Assembly: GCF_009834535.1 (NCBI RefSeq)
Contig: NC_045697.1
Location: forward strand, 91,762,001 to 91,826,000
DNA length: 64,000 bases
From: Camelus ferus
Taxonomy: Eukaryota
Direction of reading: 5' to 3'
A model generated the notes under the pieces. That model worked only from the letters and a program-made list of their open reading frames with translations, had not been told where the DNA came from and did not search any database. The translations under genes were made by a program, and so were the position numbers. The first letter of the stretch is position 1; each line of letters begins with the position of its first letter. Positions 40,201 through 54,469 of this stretch are shown in pieces.

Positions 40201-41199
40201 TAGCTTGTCACTGAGGTTGCGTCCATCTCACGCTTCAGTCTCCTGTGCCACAATTGCTTTAATCAACCAGGTGTTTCTTTGCCTTCCTCTGGCTAGATTC
40301 CAGCCTGCACCACGTCCAGTGATCAGTCTGGCTTCTGAGAGAGAATCAAGAGAGAGAATCTCAGAAAGTTAGAGTTTTAAGGGAGATTAAGGATCATCTA
40401 CTTCACCTTTTCTTTTGTAGGCTGGAGAAAGGAATCTCGTGAAACAGCTGTGGAAGCTGGTAAGGGCAGTGTTAGTCCTGGAACCCAGGTCTCCTGATCT
40501 ATTTCCAAGAGGCCATGCATATTTCCTTGCCATCAGCAGGAGTCTGCACAATGGTATCCAAGTATTTGCTCTATAAATAGACTTCTCAGGGTGCTTTATT
40601 CTTCATAGTCTATATAATAACACTGTTGCTAGCAGCAATTTTCTGCCACTGCATAGTTAGCAAACAGAAGAATGAAAAATCCCTATCCCCTCCTTTTCTT
40701 TTCCTTTCTGTTTTGTGACTTTTCTCCAGGGTAGACCTGAATATAAAAAGAAGAGGGATGTTTGAATCCCTCTTCTTTGCCCTGTGTAATTTTTGTATTT
40801 CGGGAGAAAAATTATATCCTTGTTCCAATTTCCTGGGAAGGCAGTGGATTCCTGTGCCCCGGTGGAAATCTCCTTCTCTTCTCGTATCAGTGTCCTCTCA
40901 GATTTAATCTTGAAGTGCAAAGTGTCGATTGACTGCCTTGGCTGATATCTCGAGTAGCTCGACGCCATTGGTACTGGAGTCATGGAAATCATTCCTCACA
41001 GATGGCTTCTCTGGGTGACAGTGTCTCAGGAAAATCATTTTCAGGTGTGTTTCCTGATGGGTGCCTGGAACTGTGACTACCATATGGTGGCAAGAGCAGC
41101 ATCTGCGTATCTTCTGGATAGTAAGAACCGGAAGAGCATTTGTTAGTGATGTGTGGGAACCCCAGAGGTCTGGGTATGCAGTCGTAGTGCACTGTTCTC

Positions 41200-42675
41200 T
41201 TTATTTGTTCATTTATTTGTGCTTTTTCATTTAGCAAATATTTAGTGCTGGGCATACTGCGCTAAATGAGACACAATCCCTGCTCTCCAGGAGATGGGGA
41301 GATGGATAAAAATGTGAATGATTCTATATAACCTGGTGTGATAATTACTCTGAAAAAGGCAAATTGGAAGAATTTTGGAAGATGCTCAAAGAGATTGCAT
41401 TTCATTTGATCTGTGAGGGCAGAGAAATCTTTCAGGCATGGTGATGCTTGAGTGAGCATTTAAGGATGGATAGACACAGACCCGGGTAGTCAGGGAGGAA
41501 AAGAAGCCCCAGGCAGAGGAGAGAGCGGTGCATGGCACAAAGGAGGGAGAAAACATTTCCTCTTGGAAAACTGATTTTGATGTGGCAGAGGAGGGGCTAC
41601 ATGAGGGAAAAGACTGGAAAAGCAGTGGAGACCCAGATCACAGGCAGCCCTCTCAGTCAAACCTAGACTTTGTACTTTACTGTGAATTTGACTGAAGCTA
41701 CAGAAACATAATCAGATTTGTGGATTGGAAAACTGACCTGGGGAATAAGATGAGTTTGGTTGGAGGTTGTGAGACTGAAGGCAGAGAGATGGGTTTAAAA
41801 TCAACTGTCGCAGTTCACACAAAAATGTTGGTGGCTTGAAATAAGGCTGTCGTAGTTGGGGATAGACAGAGGGGTTCAGAGCTGCTTCTAGTGTGAGAAT
41901 TGTCAGGACTCAGTAACTGGCTGAATGTAGAGAAGGAAGCAAACTAGAGTGTCATTCAGCAGCTGAACTGGGACAGGAAGCGAAAGGGCAGGTTATCTGA
42001 TGGGGGTGAGGTTGGGGTTGGGGAACACAGTGAAATGCCTGTGGTACGTGTATGAGGATCTGTCTGGGAGGTGGTGAACACGTACGTCTTTAGCTCAGCA
42101 GAGATATTAGGCTAGAGATATAGACTTGTTCATTGGCAAGTTTTTGCTGGGTAAAATTCTACCTCTGGATAGGGCAACCAGGAAGAGAGCTAAATGAAAT
42201 AGTGAGTATGAATCAGACGTCCTGGATTCAAATCCCAGCTCTGCCACATATGGGCTGTGTAACTCTGGGCAAGTTACCTCACTTCTTTAAACCTTGGTTT
42301 CCTTCTCTGTAGAATGAGAATAATCATAGTAACCACCTCATGCATCATGTGGAATCCTTACTCAAGTGCCTGGCACATTGTAAATGCCAATCAATATTGG
42401 CTACTATTATTACTATTATTAAATTGAGAGTCTAAGGTGGGAGCTGAAAAGAAAATTGCAGATGAGGGATATTTAACATTTCAGAGAGAAGCAGAGTGAG
42501 AGGAATAGCAGGAACATTGAGGGTAAACCATGAACAACTTAGCACTAGGGAAGGGAATACATTTCAAAAACAAGTAGCCACCCAATGTTCATGGCAGCAT
42601 TATTTACAGTTGCCAAAACATGGAAGCAACCTAAGTGCCCATCAACAGATGAATGGAAAAAGAAGATGTGGGGTG

Positions 42676-42729
<54 letters not shown>

Positions 42730-43330
42730 ATGGAATACTACTTAGCCACAACAAAGAATGTAATTTTGCCATTTGCAGCTACCTGGATGGACTTGGAAGG
42801 CATTATGCTAAGTGAAATAAGTCAGAGAGAGAAAGACAAATACTGTGTGATATCACTTCTGTGTAGAATCTAAAAATACAACAAACTAGTGAATATAATA
42901 AAAGAAGCAGATTCACAGATATAGAGAAGAAATTAGTGGTTACCCATGGAGAGAGGGAAGGGGGTGCAGTCTAGGGGTGGGGCAGTGGGAGGTATAAACT
43001 ATTATTGGGTGTTAGGCCCAAGGATATGCTGTACAACATGGGGAATATAGCCAATATTTTATAATAACTGTAAATGGAAAGTAACCTTTAAAAATTGTAT
43101 ATAAAATTTTAAAAATTAAAAAAAAAAAGAAATAAGTGGCCAACAATGTCAAATAGTACTGTGAGCTCAAGAAACAGTAGGTTTGGCAAACAGTGTGATA
43201 CTCTTCAAGGATAAACACATTGGAGGGTGGAAACAGAAGGCAGACCCTAGAGGATTTAAAAGTAAATGGAAGATGAAATGATAGAGACTGGAGTATAGAA
43301 TACTGTTTAATAAGTTTGGCTATAAAAATT
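41200..43330 (-). mobile_element. Long L2 remnant interrupted by a MIR (~42210-42420) and an L1
   Basis: L2 3' end 'ttcatttagcaaatatttagtgctgggc' and successive L2-like segments on both sides of the inserts. Confidence 0.7.
42581..43129 (+). mobile_element. LINE-1 3' end, same family as the 3' part of 247-1750, with TSD
   Basis: 'MFMAALFTVAKTWKQPKCPSTDEWKKKMW', polyA, TSD AAACAAGTAGCCA (42568-42580) / AAATAAGTGGCCA (43130-43142), internal (CA)n(GA)n. Confidence 0.95.
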
Positions 43331-43819
43331 TTAAAAATCTTAGTATCTGAGGAGGTTTTGAAGAAGAGAAAGGATTTTTGTTAAGTTGGGAGGAAACTGG
43401 CAAGTTCATAAACTAAAGGGAAAGAAATACATGCAGGATGGTGAGAACCAGGTTAGAACTACATTGATCTCTCCGTCCTATGCCAGGTAAAGTGTGTCAT
43501 GTCCTGAAGTCCAAGGTCAAAGGAGAAAAGAAGAGAACCAACTTTAGCTGACTTCCAGACGTTGCGTAAAGTGCTTTCCAATTAATCACTTACTGAATTT
43601 TCATGGAGACTTGGCAAAAGAGTTGCCCAGTAATAATTCCATTTTCCATCCAAAGAAACTAAGACTTACAGAGAGTAGGTAATTCACCCAAGGTCACACA
43701 TAAATGCTGGGAATTTGACCATGCTCTGTTGCTTTCAAAACTTATGCCTCCTGAGCTATTTAGTGGTTTCATTTATGCAAAAGATTTTTGAAGAGTGTAT
43801 ATTTATTATGATGAACGGT

Positions 43820-44850
43820 TGTAGCAGACAGTATCAGCGCTCTGTGCATACCCCCTTAGATCCCTTCACCGCTTGCCTGCACATTGTCTTTCATTGCTCT
43901 CTTTCCTTATAGCCAGACCTGTCCCTCTTTGTTGGAAAGCTGTCCTTAGGCTATCAGAATATACTTTCCTGTGTGAGGAGTAGGAAATTCCTGGAAATTG
44001 GGTTCAATACCGCCACTCCATACTCCTAACTCTTAACCAATGCTTGATGGTTGCCAGGATGTAATACCTAGCTCTTTGTCCCCTGATGTAAAAACTGAGT
44101 TGTGACTTACACAGTCACCAGATTTCTCACGGGGAATTCAGCCAGCTGCCCGCTCTGGTACTTCGCTTGATATCACATCTTAACTTGGCCTCTGTACTAG
44201 TTTCCTATTGCTGTTGTAGCAAAGCATCACAGTTTTCACGACTGAAAACAGCAAACACTTGTGATTTTATAGTTCTGCAGAAGGCCTGTCTGGGTCTTGA
44301 TAGGCAAAAAGATGTTGGCAGGACTGTGTTCTTTTTTGTAGATGGAATGGGAGGATCCCTTTCTATGCAGAAATTCAGTTCCATGTGGCTGTGCTCTTGT
44401 TTCTTTGCTGGCTGTTAGCTGGGCCCCACTCTTAGCTCCTAGAGGCCTCTCTATGATCCTTGCATGTAACCCCCAATATCTAAGAGCCAGCACAGGCCAT
44501 CAGGCCCTTTGCTGCCATCTCCCTGACCTACCTTCTTTCACATTTAAGGATTAGATTTTGGCCCATCCATATAATCTTGGATAATTCCCCTATTTTATGA
44601 TTATTAACCTTAATCTCATCTGTAACCTTATTTCCCTTTTGCCATATAAGGCAGCATATTCATAACTTCTGTGTATTAGCAGGTGGGCATCTTTGGGAAG
44701 AGGTGTTATTCTGCCTACCACAATGTCTTCTTCTTGTGATCCCACTTCCACAATCCCCTAATTTTTTTTTTTCCGGAAGCACTTCCTAATAAATCACTTT
44801 CATAAATGATTCATTTGGGGCTCTGCTGTTGGGGGATCAACCTAAGACCA
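43820..44850 (+). mobile_element. LTR16-like ERVL LTR split by an MLT1
   Basis: 5' 'tgtagcagac...' and 3' 'cacttcctaataaatcacttt...gggggatcaacctaagacca'. Confidence 0.7.
44193..44722 (-). mobile_element. MLT1 (MaLR) solo LTR
   Basis: 'tgtactagtttcctattgctgttgtagcaaa...' to '...ttattctgcctaccaca'. Confidence 0.9.
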
Positions 44851-47800
44851 CGATGAATGCTCTGAATTCAAGAGTTGTCTTGGTTGCTGAATTGGGAGTA
44901 GCTGGTGGGGAGGTTAGGCCAGCACTCCAATCTGGGCGGAAAGCGACCACTCCTGTGCCTGTGTGTGCACCTGCTGGGCTCGTTGGCTTTCTGGCAGTCA
45001 GACAGGAGGAACAGGGGAGACCTTGCTATTGAGATTCTCTCTGCTCACCTGAAATCCTCTGCACATTATCACATCATCAGCGTAGCACCCTCATCAGCCT
45101 TGCCTACCAGCAAGTCTCTGTGTGCGGCATTTATAAATACAAGCATGTGGTTCTGCCACAACCATCAAAGGCGGCAGCTCGTTAGTGAGCAGCAGATACC
45201 AGCCAGGGCTGGCCCAGCCCTGATGCTATGTGGTGAGGCATAGAAAATGAACATGCCACCCGGTTCAGGGTCAATATGCAAAACAGAAAAGAGAAAAATG
45301 GAAGCTTGACAGCCTGTCACAGTGATTATTAGCTGTCTCCCAGAGTCTTGTGGGCTCCCAGCTCCATGTGCACACTTAGCCTGTCAGCATTCTGTAACAG
45401 CTCTTTAGCACACACTCCTTTGCTGTGTGTATCACTTGGGTGTGTTTCATCATGTGCCGAATTCCTCATCCTCCGGGCACAGAGGTGCTCCAGTTACACC
45501 CACTGCAGCAAGGTCCCCAGTGGTGGAGGTGCGCGTATTGAAACTTAGGACATATTCTGATGTTAGCCAGGCTAATCACAGGCTCTGCCAGGTGACAAAA
45601 GGAGAGGGGACTCAAACAGAGCACACCTGCAGAGCAGAGTTTACATCTGGTCCTTGAAAATACCACTTCAGAAACCGTTAGTTGGAAGGCGGTGACTGAA
45701 GGAGGACCCTGGGTAATGGTTGTAATAGGTGCCCCATGCCTGCCTTTCCTCTGCCTGAAATCCCTTTCTTTCATCAACCTACAGCTCCACTTTATAAGTC
45801 CCTTTCTCTTTACAACATAATCCTCACTCCCTGAAATTTACACCTACATTCCAGACTCCACATGACAGCTACGTTCGTAATGCCACCCATGAAAAGGCTT
45901 TTATGATCTTGAATTTTATACTTCTCAACATTTTTCCCCCACTACTTTCAAAATATACATTCTTAATATCCCAACAAAGGGGAGCAGATTAAAAAAAGAG
46001 AAATACCGTAAAATAATTCAGTGAAGACCTAATAAAAGATGCAATCAATCAAGGGAGTGACAGTAGCAGTTTCCTTTAACATCAAATCTAATGGTTTCTT
46101 TTTCTAGTACAAAAGTGCTCCATTAACAGTGTGAGTCTTTTATTTAGGTAATTCACACGAGTGGTTGCCAGATGTAGTTTATTTTCAGGAGGGCACACTT
46201 ACAGTAGCAACACACTGAGCAGAGACAGAGTTATCTCCATCTAACGTACTCTCTAATGACCTTTCAGAGTGAAAATAGCAGTGAAATCCTAAAACCGAGA
46301 CCCTCAAAATCAGATCCAAGTAGCACTTCACATTTAAAATGATGGTTGGATGTCAGGGCTGGTCTACAGAGAATTGTGGAGTGATTCTTTGCCTCACCAT
46401 CTATCCTCAGTGCACAGCCTTGATTTGCCAGAGCCTCCCCTGCACTGTGCAGCTGGGTCTGCCTCCGGCTTCATCTCTGTTCTGACTCCTCTGCTTCAAT
46501 CAAAACTCACCTGTTTGAGCCCTCTTTCCCTCAAATGCTTCTTTTCTACTAGGTACTTCAATCAACTAATATTCACTAATGTATTTCACTCTGTGCAGTG
46601 ATTGATAAGTTTCTACTCCAAGTGTCCATTAGTAAAAGACACCTTTTGAAGATGATGCCTTTAACCCAGAGCAGTGGCCACAATGGTGTCAAGCAGAGGG
46701 GGAAATAAATGGACTTGGTTTCAGAGAGATTTGGGTTGAGATCCAGGCTGGTTATGCATTAGCTAGTACCTTTGGATAGGATACATTTTCTGTGTCCAAG
46801 GAGTCTTATGTCCTATTTCAATGAAAGTGTGGATAATAGTCCCTAAATGTTTCTTCTTTCAAAAAATACATATTTAGTGTCTACTGTTTTTAATGATTAA
46901 GTGAAAAGAGATAGATTAAAATATTTAATACAATGTCTAAGTGTAATTTCCCTAGAAAGTTATTAAAAAGGTGGTGAGAGTTCCCAAAGGAAGATAGTTT
47001 TGAGTTGTGTAATTTTTGTTCTACTTCAATTCATATCATAAGTTAGCTGTTTACTCTAACCGAGGTGGGGCTGGCTTTGGGTGACATTTATCTAAGGTGC
47101 TTCAGAGATTGTCTGGGGACATTGAAATCTGATTCTAGTGAAACACTGTAGACAGTCCTACCCCAGGAAAAGATTAACTGAAGTTGAGAGGTAAGCAAAT
47201 GCTTTAAATTAAAGATGACTTCTTATGAGTGAATGAATGAATGGCTTCTCACATTAATAAACTTGAGGACACGAAGATTTAGGGAAAAAACTGTTCTAGG
47301 GTTAAGACAACTAGGGTTTTAAGTCTGGGGTCTGTTAGTTAATAATTACATACCTTAAGAAAAGTTATTTAAACTTTCCATGCCTCAATTTCTTCATTTG
47401 TAAAGTGTTTGGGGGTGTAGCAGGTTATCTCTAAGATTGTTTCCATGTCAAGAATTCTCTACAAACCATGTTCTCATAACTTCCTTAAACATGTCATTGT
47501 AAGAGCAGCCATTGCCCAGATTATATTTAAATCAATGCTTGATAAAACCTTTGTAAGCATGTCAACTTCTTTCTACCTTTCATTTTGCTAACTTTTCTCC
47601 CTTTTTTCTCCTCTTACCTTCTCTCACTCTCTCTATTAAATCCCTGGTGTTGGATAGGACAGGCTATGTCTAGAATGTACTTTATATGTGGCTTGCTAGA
47701 TGACGGCATCCTTGAGGGATTCAATCAACCTCTGTTAGTAGAAAGACAAGGAGAAGAATAACTCAGACAAATGAGTGGGTTGCATTTCAAGAATGGGGAA

Positions 47801-48087
47801 GGAATGGTTTCTAAGCAACCAACAGTTCTAGGATGAGGACAAGGCAGTGTGCTGAAGGTGAGCAGAAGGAAGAAGACCAGAGGCAAGCTATGTGGCTTGT
47901 CTGATAGGGCATAATAAGAGCAGAGGCTAGCATTTACTGAGTTTCCACCATGCAGAAGGGGGCTAAGTGCTGAACTAAAACCTTAAGAAGATACTCAATA
48001 ATCGGACAAAAAACAAGGAAAACGAGGTCTATAAAACTGAATTTTATTACCCCAAATCACACAGTTAGGAAGTGGCATAGTCATCAT

Positions 48088-48659
48088 TGTTGCCAAAAAA
48101 CTGGCTTCCGCACCCCGATAGCTGAATTGAGACTTGGAGGCAGGGTTTGGGGAGAATTAGAGAAGAGCAGCTTTATTGTTTTGCCAGGCAGAGGAGGGGG
48201 TCACAGCAGGCTAATGCCTTAGAGACTGTGAATCCATCTTGGGGTTGGGGTCCTGAGGTTTTATAGAAAAGCTGGATGGAACAGAAAGGCAACAACAAAC
48301 AGGGCATTTTCCAGGGTGCTGTATTTTCCTCAATCTTCATGAATCCAACTGACATCACAGAGAAGCTCCAGAGGGTCTGTTCATTCTTCTGAGGCTGTCA
48401 GCCCATGACCACCTTCCCGGAGCACAGCTTCTGGGTTAAAGGATAAGCTATTCTGGGTAAAGAACGTACAGGGAGTGGAAAGTGTAATGGAAAGATTTGG
48501 GGCTGTTTAGTACAAAAGCAGTTGAGCAAGTGAAGCAGAGATGGGGGTTTTTCAGAAAAAAAGAGAAAAGCAAGTTGCAAGAATTCTAAGTCAGAATGAA
48601 TCAACAAACAGCTTTAGCATCAAGGAAGCCACTTTGTTAGTTAGTTTCCTACTCTTTCA
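48088..48659 (-). mobile_element. Solo ERV LTR (ERV1-like), inserted in a MIR
   Basis: TG...CA termini, minus-strand AATAAA ('agctttattg'), flanks TCAT/GCAT, and MIR sequence continuing on both sides. Confidence 0.8.
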
Positions 48660-50310
48660 GCATGTGGATTCAAGCTATTCGGCTCCAAAGCCAAAGCTGT
48701 TTGCCACTATAGTCTATGGCTTTCCAGAACCCAGAATATGAGTTTGCAGAAAAATGAGGTATGAACCCTACATAGTGTTTACTTGAATGTGACAGATAGA
48801 CACTGAGAAGATCAAAAGGAAGCTCTGTTGAGTTAGAATGGGAAAGATACTTCTTTCTAAATACTATCGAAGCCTTTCTGCAGGGCAGGCGGTGGGGATG
48901 GGAAAGGTTGCTTTATCTGCTGCTTATATTAGAGTAAAAGGGAACATAGAATATTATATCTTGACATTCATAGGTTTTCTGAGGTTAGTTAATCATGGAT
49001 AACACGGGAAAACATAAGGTCAAATGCATGCTAAAATGAGAAAGAATATGTGTGTTTGTGTGTGCATGCGTGTGTGTGTGAGTGTATTTGCTGAAGTGCT
49101 ATTTGGGTGACTCACTGAGAAGATAAGTTAATGCATTCACTGAATTTTTCAGTTGTTTAAAGAATAATCTACTCTCTTGCCTTACACCAGACTAAAAGGG
49201 CTCCCTAAACAGTCAGATAAAAAGTAAAATAAAATACACCAAACTGTCTTGTCCTTGAACCTCTCTTCATACACGTGTTTAAAATTAATATACTTAAACA
49301 GAGTAACTCACCTATCTGTGGCACCCAGTGCCTTGCAGCTATATATAATACATATTAATAAACTAGGAGAATGTGGTTCCCGCCACAGTCATTTTGTTTT
49401 CGTCCTCCTGACGGGGCTCTTGCTGTCAGAGGCTTCTTCTCAGATAATGAAAGGCAACTCAAGACATACACATTCGTTCCTTCCTCTCCTCTATCCTCTG
49501 TCCTGTCATCTCTGAGCAACAGAACCTTCCATTAGTGTTCACTTTAATAAGCCAATTTCTTTGGGTTTATAAGTGACAACTTTTAAATTAGTGGGTATCC
49601 ATGCTAGTTTTTCATAGGGGGTAACTACATGTTGCTCTCTCATAATTAGGTTTTAATTAGCAAGATCATTGCCAGTTTTGAGAGAATGCAGCAGAGCTCT
49701 TTTCCTCTCCCTCCCTATTTTGGTAACATCTGGTTGGTAATGGAATGATATGGATATGTTTCATCAAAACGTGCCTAGGAAATGTCACTATGATCATCAA
49801 GGAAGTAAGCCAGGGTGAATCTTTCCAGCACTTCGACATAGATTTCTTTTCTCATTTTAATTCTGGTGTATGTCCTGCCTCTGTGACTTATGGGTACCTA
49901 TCAAGAAGACTTTGTAAGGTTGTATGTGTGTGTGTGTGTGTGCGCGTGTGTATTAATTCATGCTTTCATTTTCACACCATTTATACAGTTTAGAGCTGTT
50001 AAGAAAGAAGAAACGAGCTAGGGCAAAAGTTGCAGGGGAAAGAACCTGGTTTGTTTAATGAAGACAACCCATTTTCAACTGGGGACTCAATAAGAGGGTA
50101 AGTCAAACCAAGACTGTTTGCTGGGGCAGTGCTGGCCATTTACATTTTTCTGTAGAGTAGAGGGTGGTTAGTGGAAGTGCTAGGGTATGCTCCTGTCCTC
50201 AGTAGTCCGCGTGGCACTTTGTCCTCCCATCTGCTTCCAGAGCACCTGACCATCCAATACTGTTACACCACGCAAGCTATTGTTGGTGGGCTACCCATTG
50301 TGTCATTGTG

Positions 50311-50512
50311 TTAGATTCCACATATAAGTGATGTCATAAGATATTTGTCTTTCTCTGTCTGACTCACTTCACTTAGTATGATAATCTCTAGGTCTATCCA
50401 TGTTGCTGCAAATGGCATTATTTCATTCTTTTTTATGTCTGAGCAGTATTCCAGTATATCTATATCTATTTCTATATCGCAGCTTCTTTATCCAATCATC
50501 TGTCGATGGACT
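50311..50512 (-). mobile_element. L1 3' fragment
   Basis: 'ttagattccacatataagtg...tccatgttgctgcaaatggcattatttcattc'. Confidence 0.9.
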
Positions 50513-51563
50513 ATCCAAATCTCTTTGTTCACAGCCCCCACATCATGTGGAGAAAACTTTTGAATTAGCTCCGATTGGGCTTTGAGGATATAATATATCA
50601 TTATAAACCCCCTTTCTGAGAGCTCAGCTACAACTAGTAAGGGCAGGCCAGCTGCTCTAACAAACAAGAGCAAAAATCTAAAAGTTCAAAAGATGTTTAT
50701 TTCTCTCTCATAGAATAGTCCAGGCAGGTGCTCCCAATTTTGTGCTTCTTTCAGAATCATCCCATGAAACCAACTTCATGTGTAAGTCCTAATTATGAAA
50801 GATAAACTATATTAAAAAAAAACTTTTCCAGTCCAGTACTATACATACTCTCTTCTTTGAAAGCCCACAAAACACTTTGGTGTAAGATATTTGAGGTTAA
50901 TTGCTGTTTTGTTTAAAAACACAGAAGCCTTGGTTTGACTTGGAGTCCATCATCATGGGCTGCTGTGAAACAATGGTAACAGACAGCATAGTCTGGAATC
51001 CAGCTCAGAAATGTACACTTTAGAACTGGAAGGAATCCCATAGGTCTTCTAGCCCTGGAGGAACAGACAATGAGTGAGTCGCCAAAAAACAAGTTTGTGT
51101 CTTCAAGTTGAATAATCATTCAGAGATTAGAGTAAATTTTCTATTGGTTACTAATGCATGTTTTCTTATTGGAGTATGATTACTGTCACTGAGGTAATGT
51201 TTGAAAATGAATGAGAAAGAATATCTGTGTTGGGATTTAGCCATAAGAGTGATATTCCTGTATCTCAGGTCATGGAGGTGGCCAGCTATTGAAGATATTT
51301 TTCAACAAAGTTATTCCTATTGAGGTCCCAATCTTCCAGGATTTTCTGTGGCTCCTCCTGGCTGTGTAACTTAGAGGAAGTAGAAAGGTGATTATGTTTT
51401 GTCAGAAAAGAAAGCCAGTGTAGAATTTCACCTTAATACCAACAACTTCCACTTTGACAGTGTCATTCAGCCTTCACTGCAAACTTTCTAATTAACTCAA
51501 GCTCCACTGAATTCTGACTTGCATTATTGGAGCTTGTTCTTGGTTAATTATTTTGCTTTCCAG

Positions 51564-51595
51564 ATCTATGTTGTTGAAATATTAAATGCATATTT
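51564..51595 (+). other. Candidate short exon (32 nt)
   Basis: ttaattattttgctttccag|ATCTATG...CATATTT|gtaagt. Confidence 0.2.
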
Positions 51596-52389
51596 GTAAG
51601 TGATGTTGGCGACTTTTCTTCTTTTAGGACTGCTAAACTTCTTTCCCATGAAAAGAAGCCACATTTTGCTATCATTAAGGAAGGCTATCATTTTCTCCAA
51701 AGAAGGACTGAGTGTTATTACAAAACCTGACTGAAAACTGTGGCAGGAAAAAGTATGTGGAAAGCAGAAAGCAAAAACACTGCATCTCCTACCGTGGGCT
51801 TTCACACTGCTCCCACAGAGCTACTGAACTGCTCCTGAAACTGATCGATTTTATCTGTGAAATAGGTGAAAAATGTATCCCAGCAAGATAAACCCTGAAC
51901 TGTTCCTGAGTTTAAAAAGCAACAAGATATAAGTAGGGCTTTTATTTGAAGGAACAGAAATACACGAGATAGTATCCAGTGACAAAGCTGGACGCCAACA
52001 GAGGTTGAATGCCAATGTCAGTGCTGTCGAGAAAGCACTTAATAATTGTCATCTGTTTTAAGAGAGTTTATGTTTACAAGGCAGTCTGGAAGGCTGAATC
52101 TTTTCTCTCTATAGCTCTATCAAGATCTCTGTGGTGGTGAATAATTAAAGTCAACAAGTATTTATTGAACAACTATTATGAGCAAGTGACTGTACAAGAT
52201 TCTCCGAGGTTTACAAAAATAAGCAAGACATAAACTATAGTATGAAAGAGTTATAAACTTAACAAAACTGAGTCAAGTAAACAAACAGCAATATAACAAG
52301 TCTTAAAATGATATGTCCTTAGACTATACAAACATATGCTTATGGACATTGAAAGGAATGTCCTATTTTTTTCTATAACAAGAAAGATA

Positions 52390-53388
52390 TTTATTTATTT
52401 TTAACATTTTTTTATTGAGTTATAGTCATTTTACAATGTTGTGTCAAATTCCAGTGTAGAGCACAATTTTTCAGTTATACATGAGCATACATATATTCAT
52501 TGTCACATTTTTTTTCGCTGTGAGCTACCACAAGATCTTGTATATATTTCCCTGTGCTATACAGTATAATCTTGTTTATCTATTCTGTATATGCCTGTCA
52601 GTATCTACAAATTTTGCAATCCCAGTCTGTCCCTTCCCACCTCCCTGCCCCCTTGGCAACCACAAGTTTGTATTCTATGTCTATGAGTCTGTTTCTGTTT
52701 TGTATTTATGTTCACTTTTTTTTTTTAGACTCCACATATGAGCAATCTCATGTGGTATTTTTCTTTCTCTTTCTGGCTTACTTCACTTAGAATGACATTC
52801 TCCAGGGACATCTATGTTGCTGCAAATGGCATTATGTTGTAATTTTTTTGGCTAAATAGTATTCCATTGTATAAATATACCACATCTTCTTTATCCAGTC
52901 ATTGGTTTGATGGACATTTAGGCTATTTCCCTGTCTTGGCTGGTGTAAATAGTGTTGCTATGAACATTGGGGTGCAGGTGTCATTTTGAAGTAGGGTTCC
53001 TTCTGGATATATGCCCAGGAGTGGGATGACTGGGTCATATCATAAGTCTATTCCTAGTCTTTTGAAGAATCTCCATACTGTTTTCCACAGTGGCTGCACC
53101 AAATTGCATTCCCACCAGCAGTGTAGGAGGGTTCTCTTTTCTCCATAGCCTCTCCAGCATTTCTTATTAGTGGACTTTTGAATGATGGCCATTCAAACTG
53201 GTGTGAGGTGATACCTCATTGTAGTTTTGATTTGCATTTCTCTGATAATTAGTGATATTGAGCATTTTTTCATGTGCCTATTGATAATTTGTATTTCTTC
53301 CTTGGAGAATTGCTTGTTTAGGTCTTCTGCCCATTTTTGGATTGGGTTGTTTTTTTTTTTTCTTATTATGTTATATGAGCTGCTTATG
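52390..53388 (-). mobile_element. Young LINE-1 3' end (lineage-specific), ~1 kb
   Basis: (TTTA)n tail and well-preserved antisense ORF2 C-terminus ('ttcccaccagcagtgtaggagggtt...tttgaatgatggccattc'). Confidence 0.97.
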
Positions 53389-53880
53389 TAAGAAAATTTT
53401 TAATTCAGTTAAACATCAACTCCCAAAGGGCAAAAGCTGTGTTTTATGTTATGTATAATATTAAGTACGCAACACAGATGACATATTTCATAAGTTTTTC
53501 AAATTGCTGAAGGTGTAGGCATTGAATGTTCGTTAGTGACTATTAACACCAAGAAATCACTGGGAAACAAAAGCATCCCATTTAAACAGGTGGACTTGCC
53601 CCAGTTAAGAATACCTCTATCCATTTCTTTCCCAGATTTCAGTTATAGGGCAATTTTAGGTACTTAAACTATCTTTAAGGGATTATAAAAGAGTCACTTC
53701 TGTTTAGGGATCTTAATAATTTCCTTATGAAGACTGCAGTGGACTGAATTCCAGGTGCACACATGGAGTCAAACTAGGTTCCTTGAGTCCATTGAAACAG
53801 TGATATCCCCAGGACTGGGTAGGTCTTGAAGAAATGGCAAGAGCTGGGTATTTGCATTCTAACCTTAGCCTGACTGCTGT

Positions 53881-54469
53881 TGTTGCCAGAGAGCAGGTTC
53901 TTGTCTTGTCACAGAGAGAATTCAGAGATGAGACCCAGACATCAGGAAAGTAAAGTGAGGATTTATTAAGTGATAGCACACTCTCAAAGGGAGAGCGGAC
54001 AGACTCAGGTGAGCCTCTGTGCTGTTTCTCTGGCAAGCTAGTTACATAGGGTGTAAAAGTGAACAGGTGGAATATTCATTAGAGAGGGAGGGGTTTGGCA
54101 TTGTATTTCCTGATTTCCACCCTAGCTCCACCTCCCCAAGAGAAGGAGGGATTTTAGTCCTCATTTAATTTTGATCCAAAGTGTCATGGCATCAGCGCAT
54201 GATAGGTACCTGTTATTTGCAAGGCTAATTTTATTTTAATGAGGGCATAATGAGTCAAAGTTACATTAGTATCCTGGAAATTCCTGCCTTTACCCACCTT
54301 TCTTTGTCTACCTCTTGTCACTTGTCACCCCCAAATGTGTAATTTCTTATCATTCCTGAGGTTCCTGCTTTCCTCTGTCTGCCCTGTTGTTCACAAGGTG
54401 TATGATTTTCTGCCATTTGGCATATGCCCCTTTTCTCTGCTCATATCTATTTATCTGCCTGCTCTAACA
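53881..54469 (-). mobile_element. Solo ERV LTR
   Basis: TGTTGCCA...CTAACA termini and minus-strand AATAAA ('ggatttatta'); layout similar to the 48088 LTR. Confidence 0.8.
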
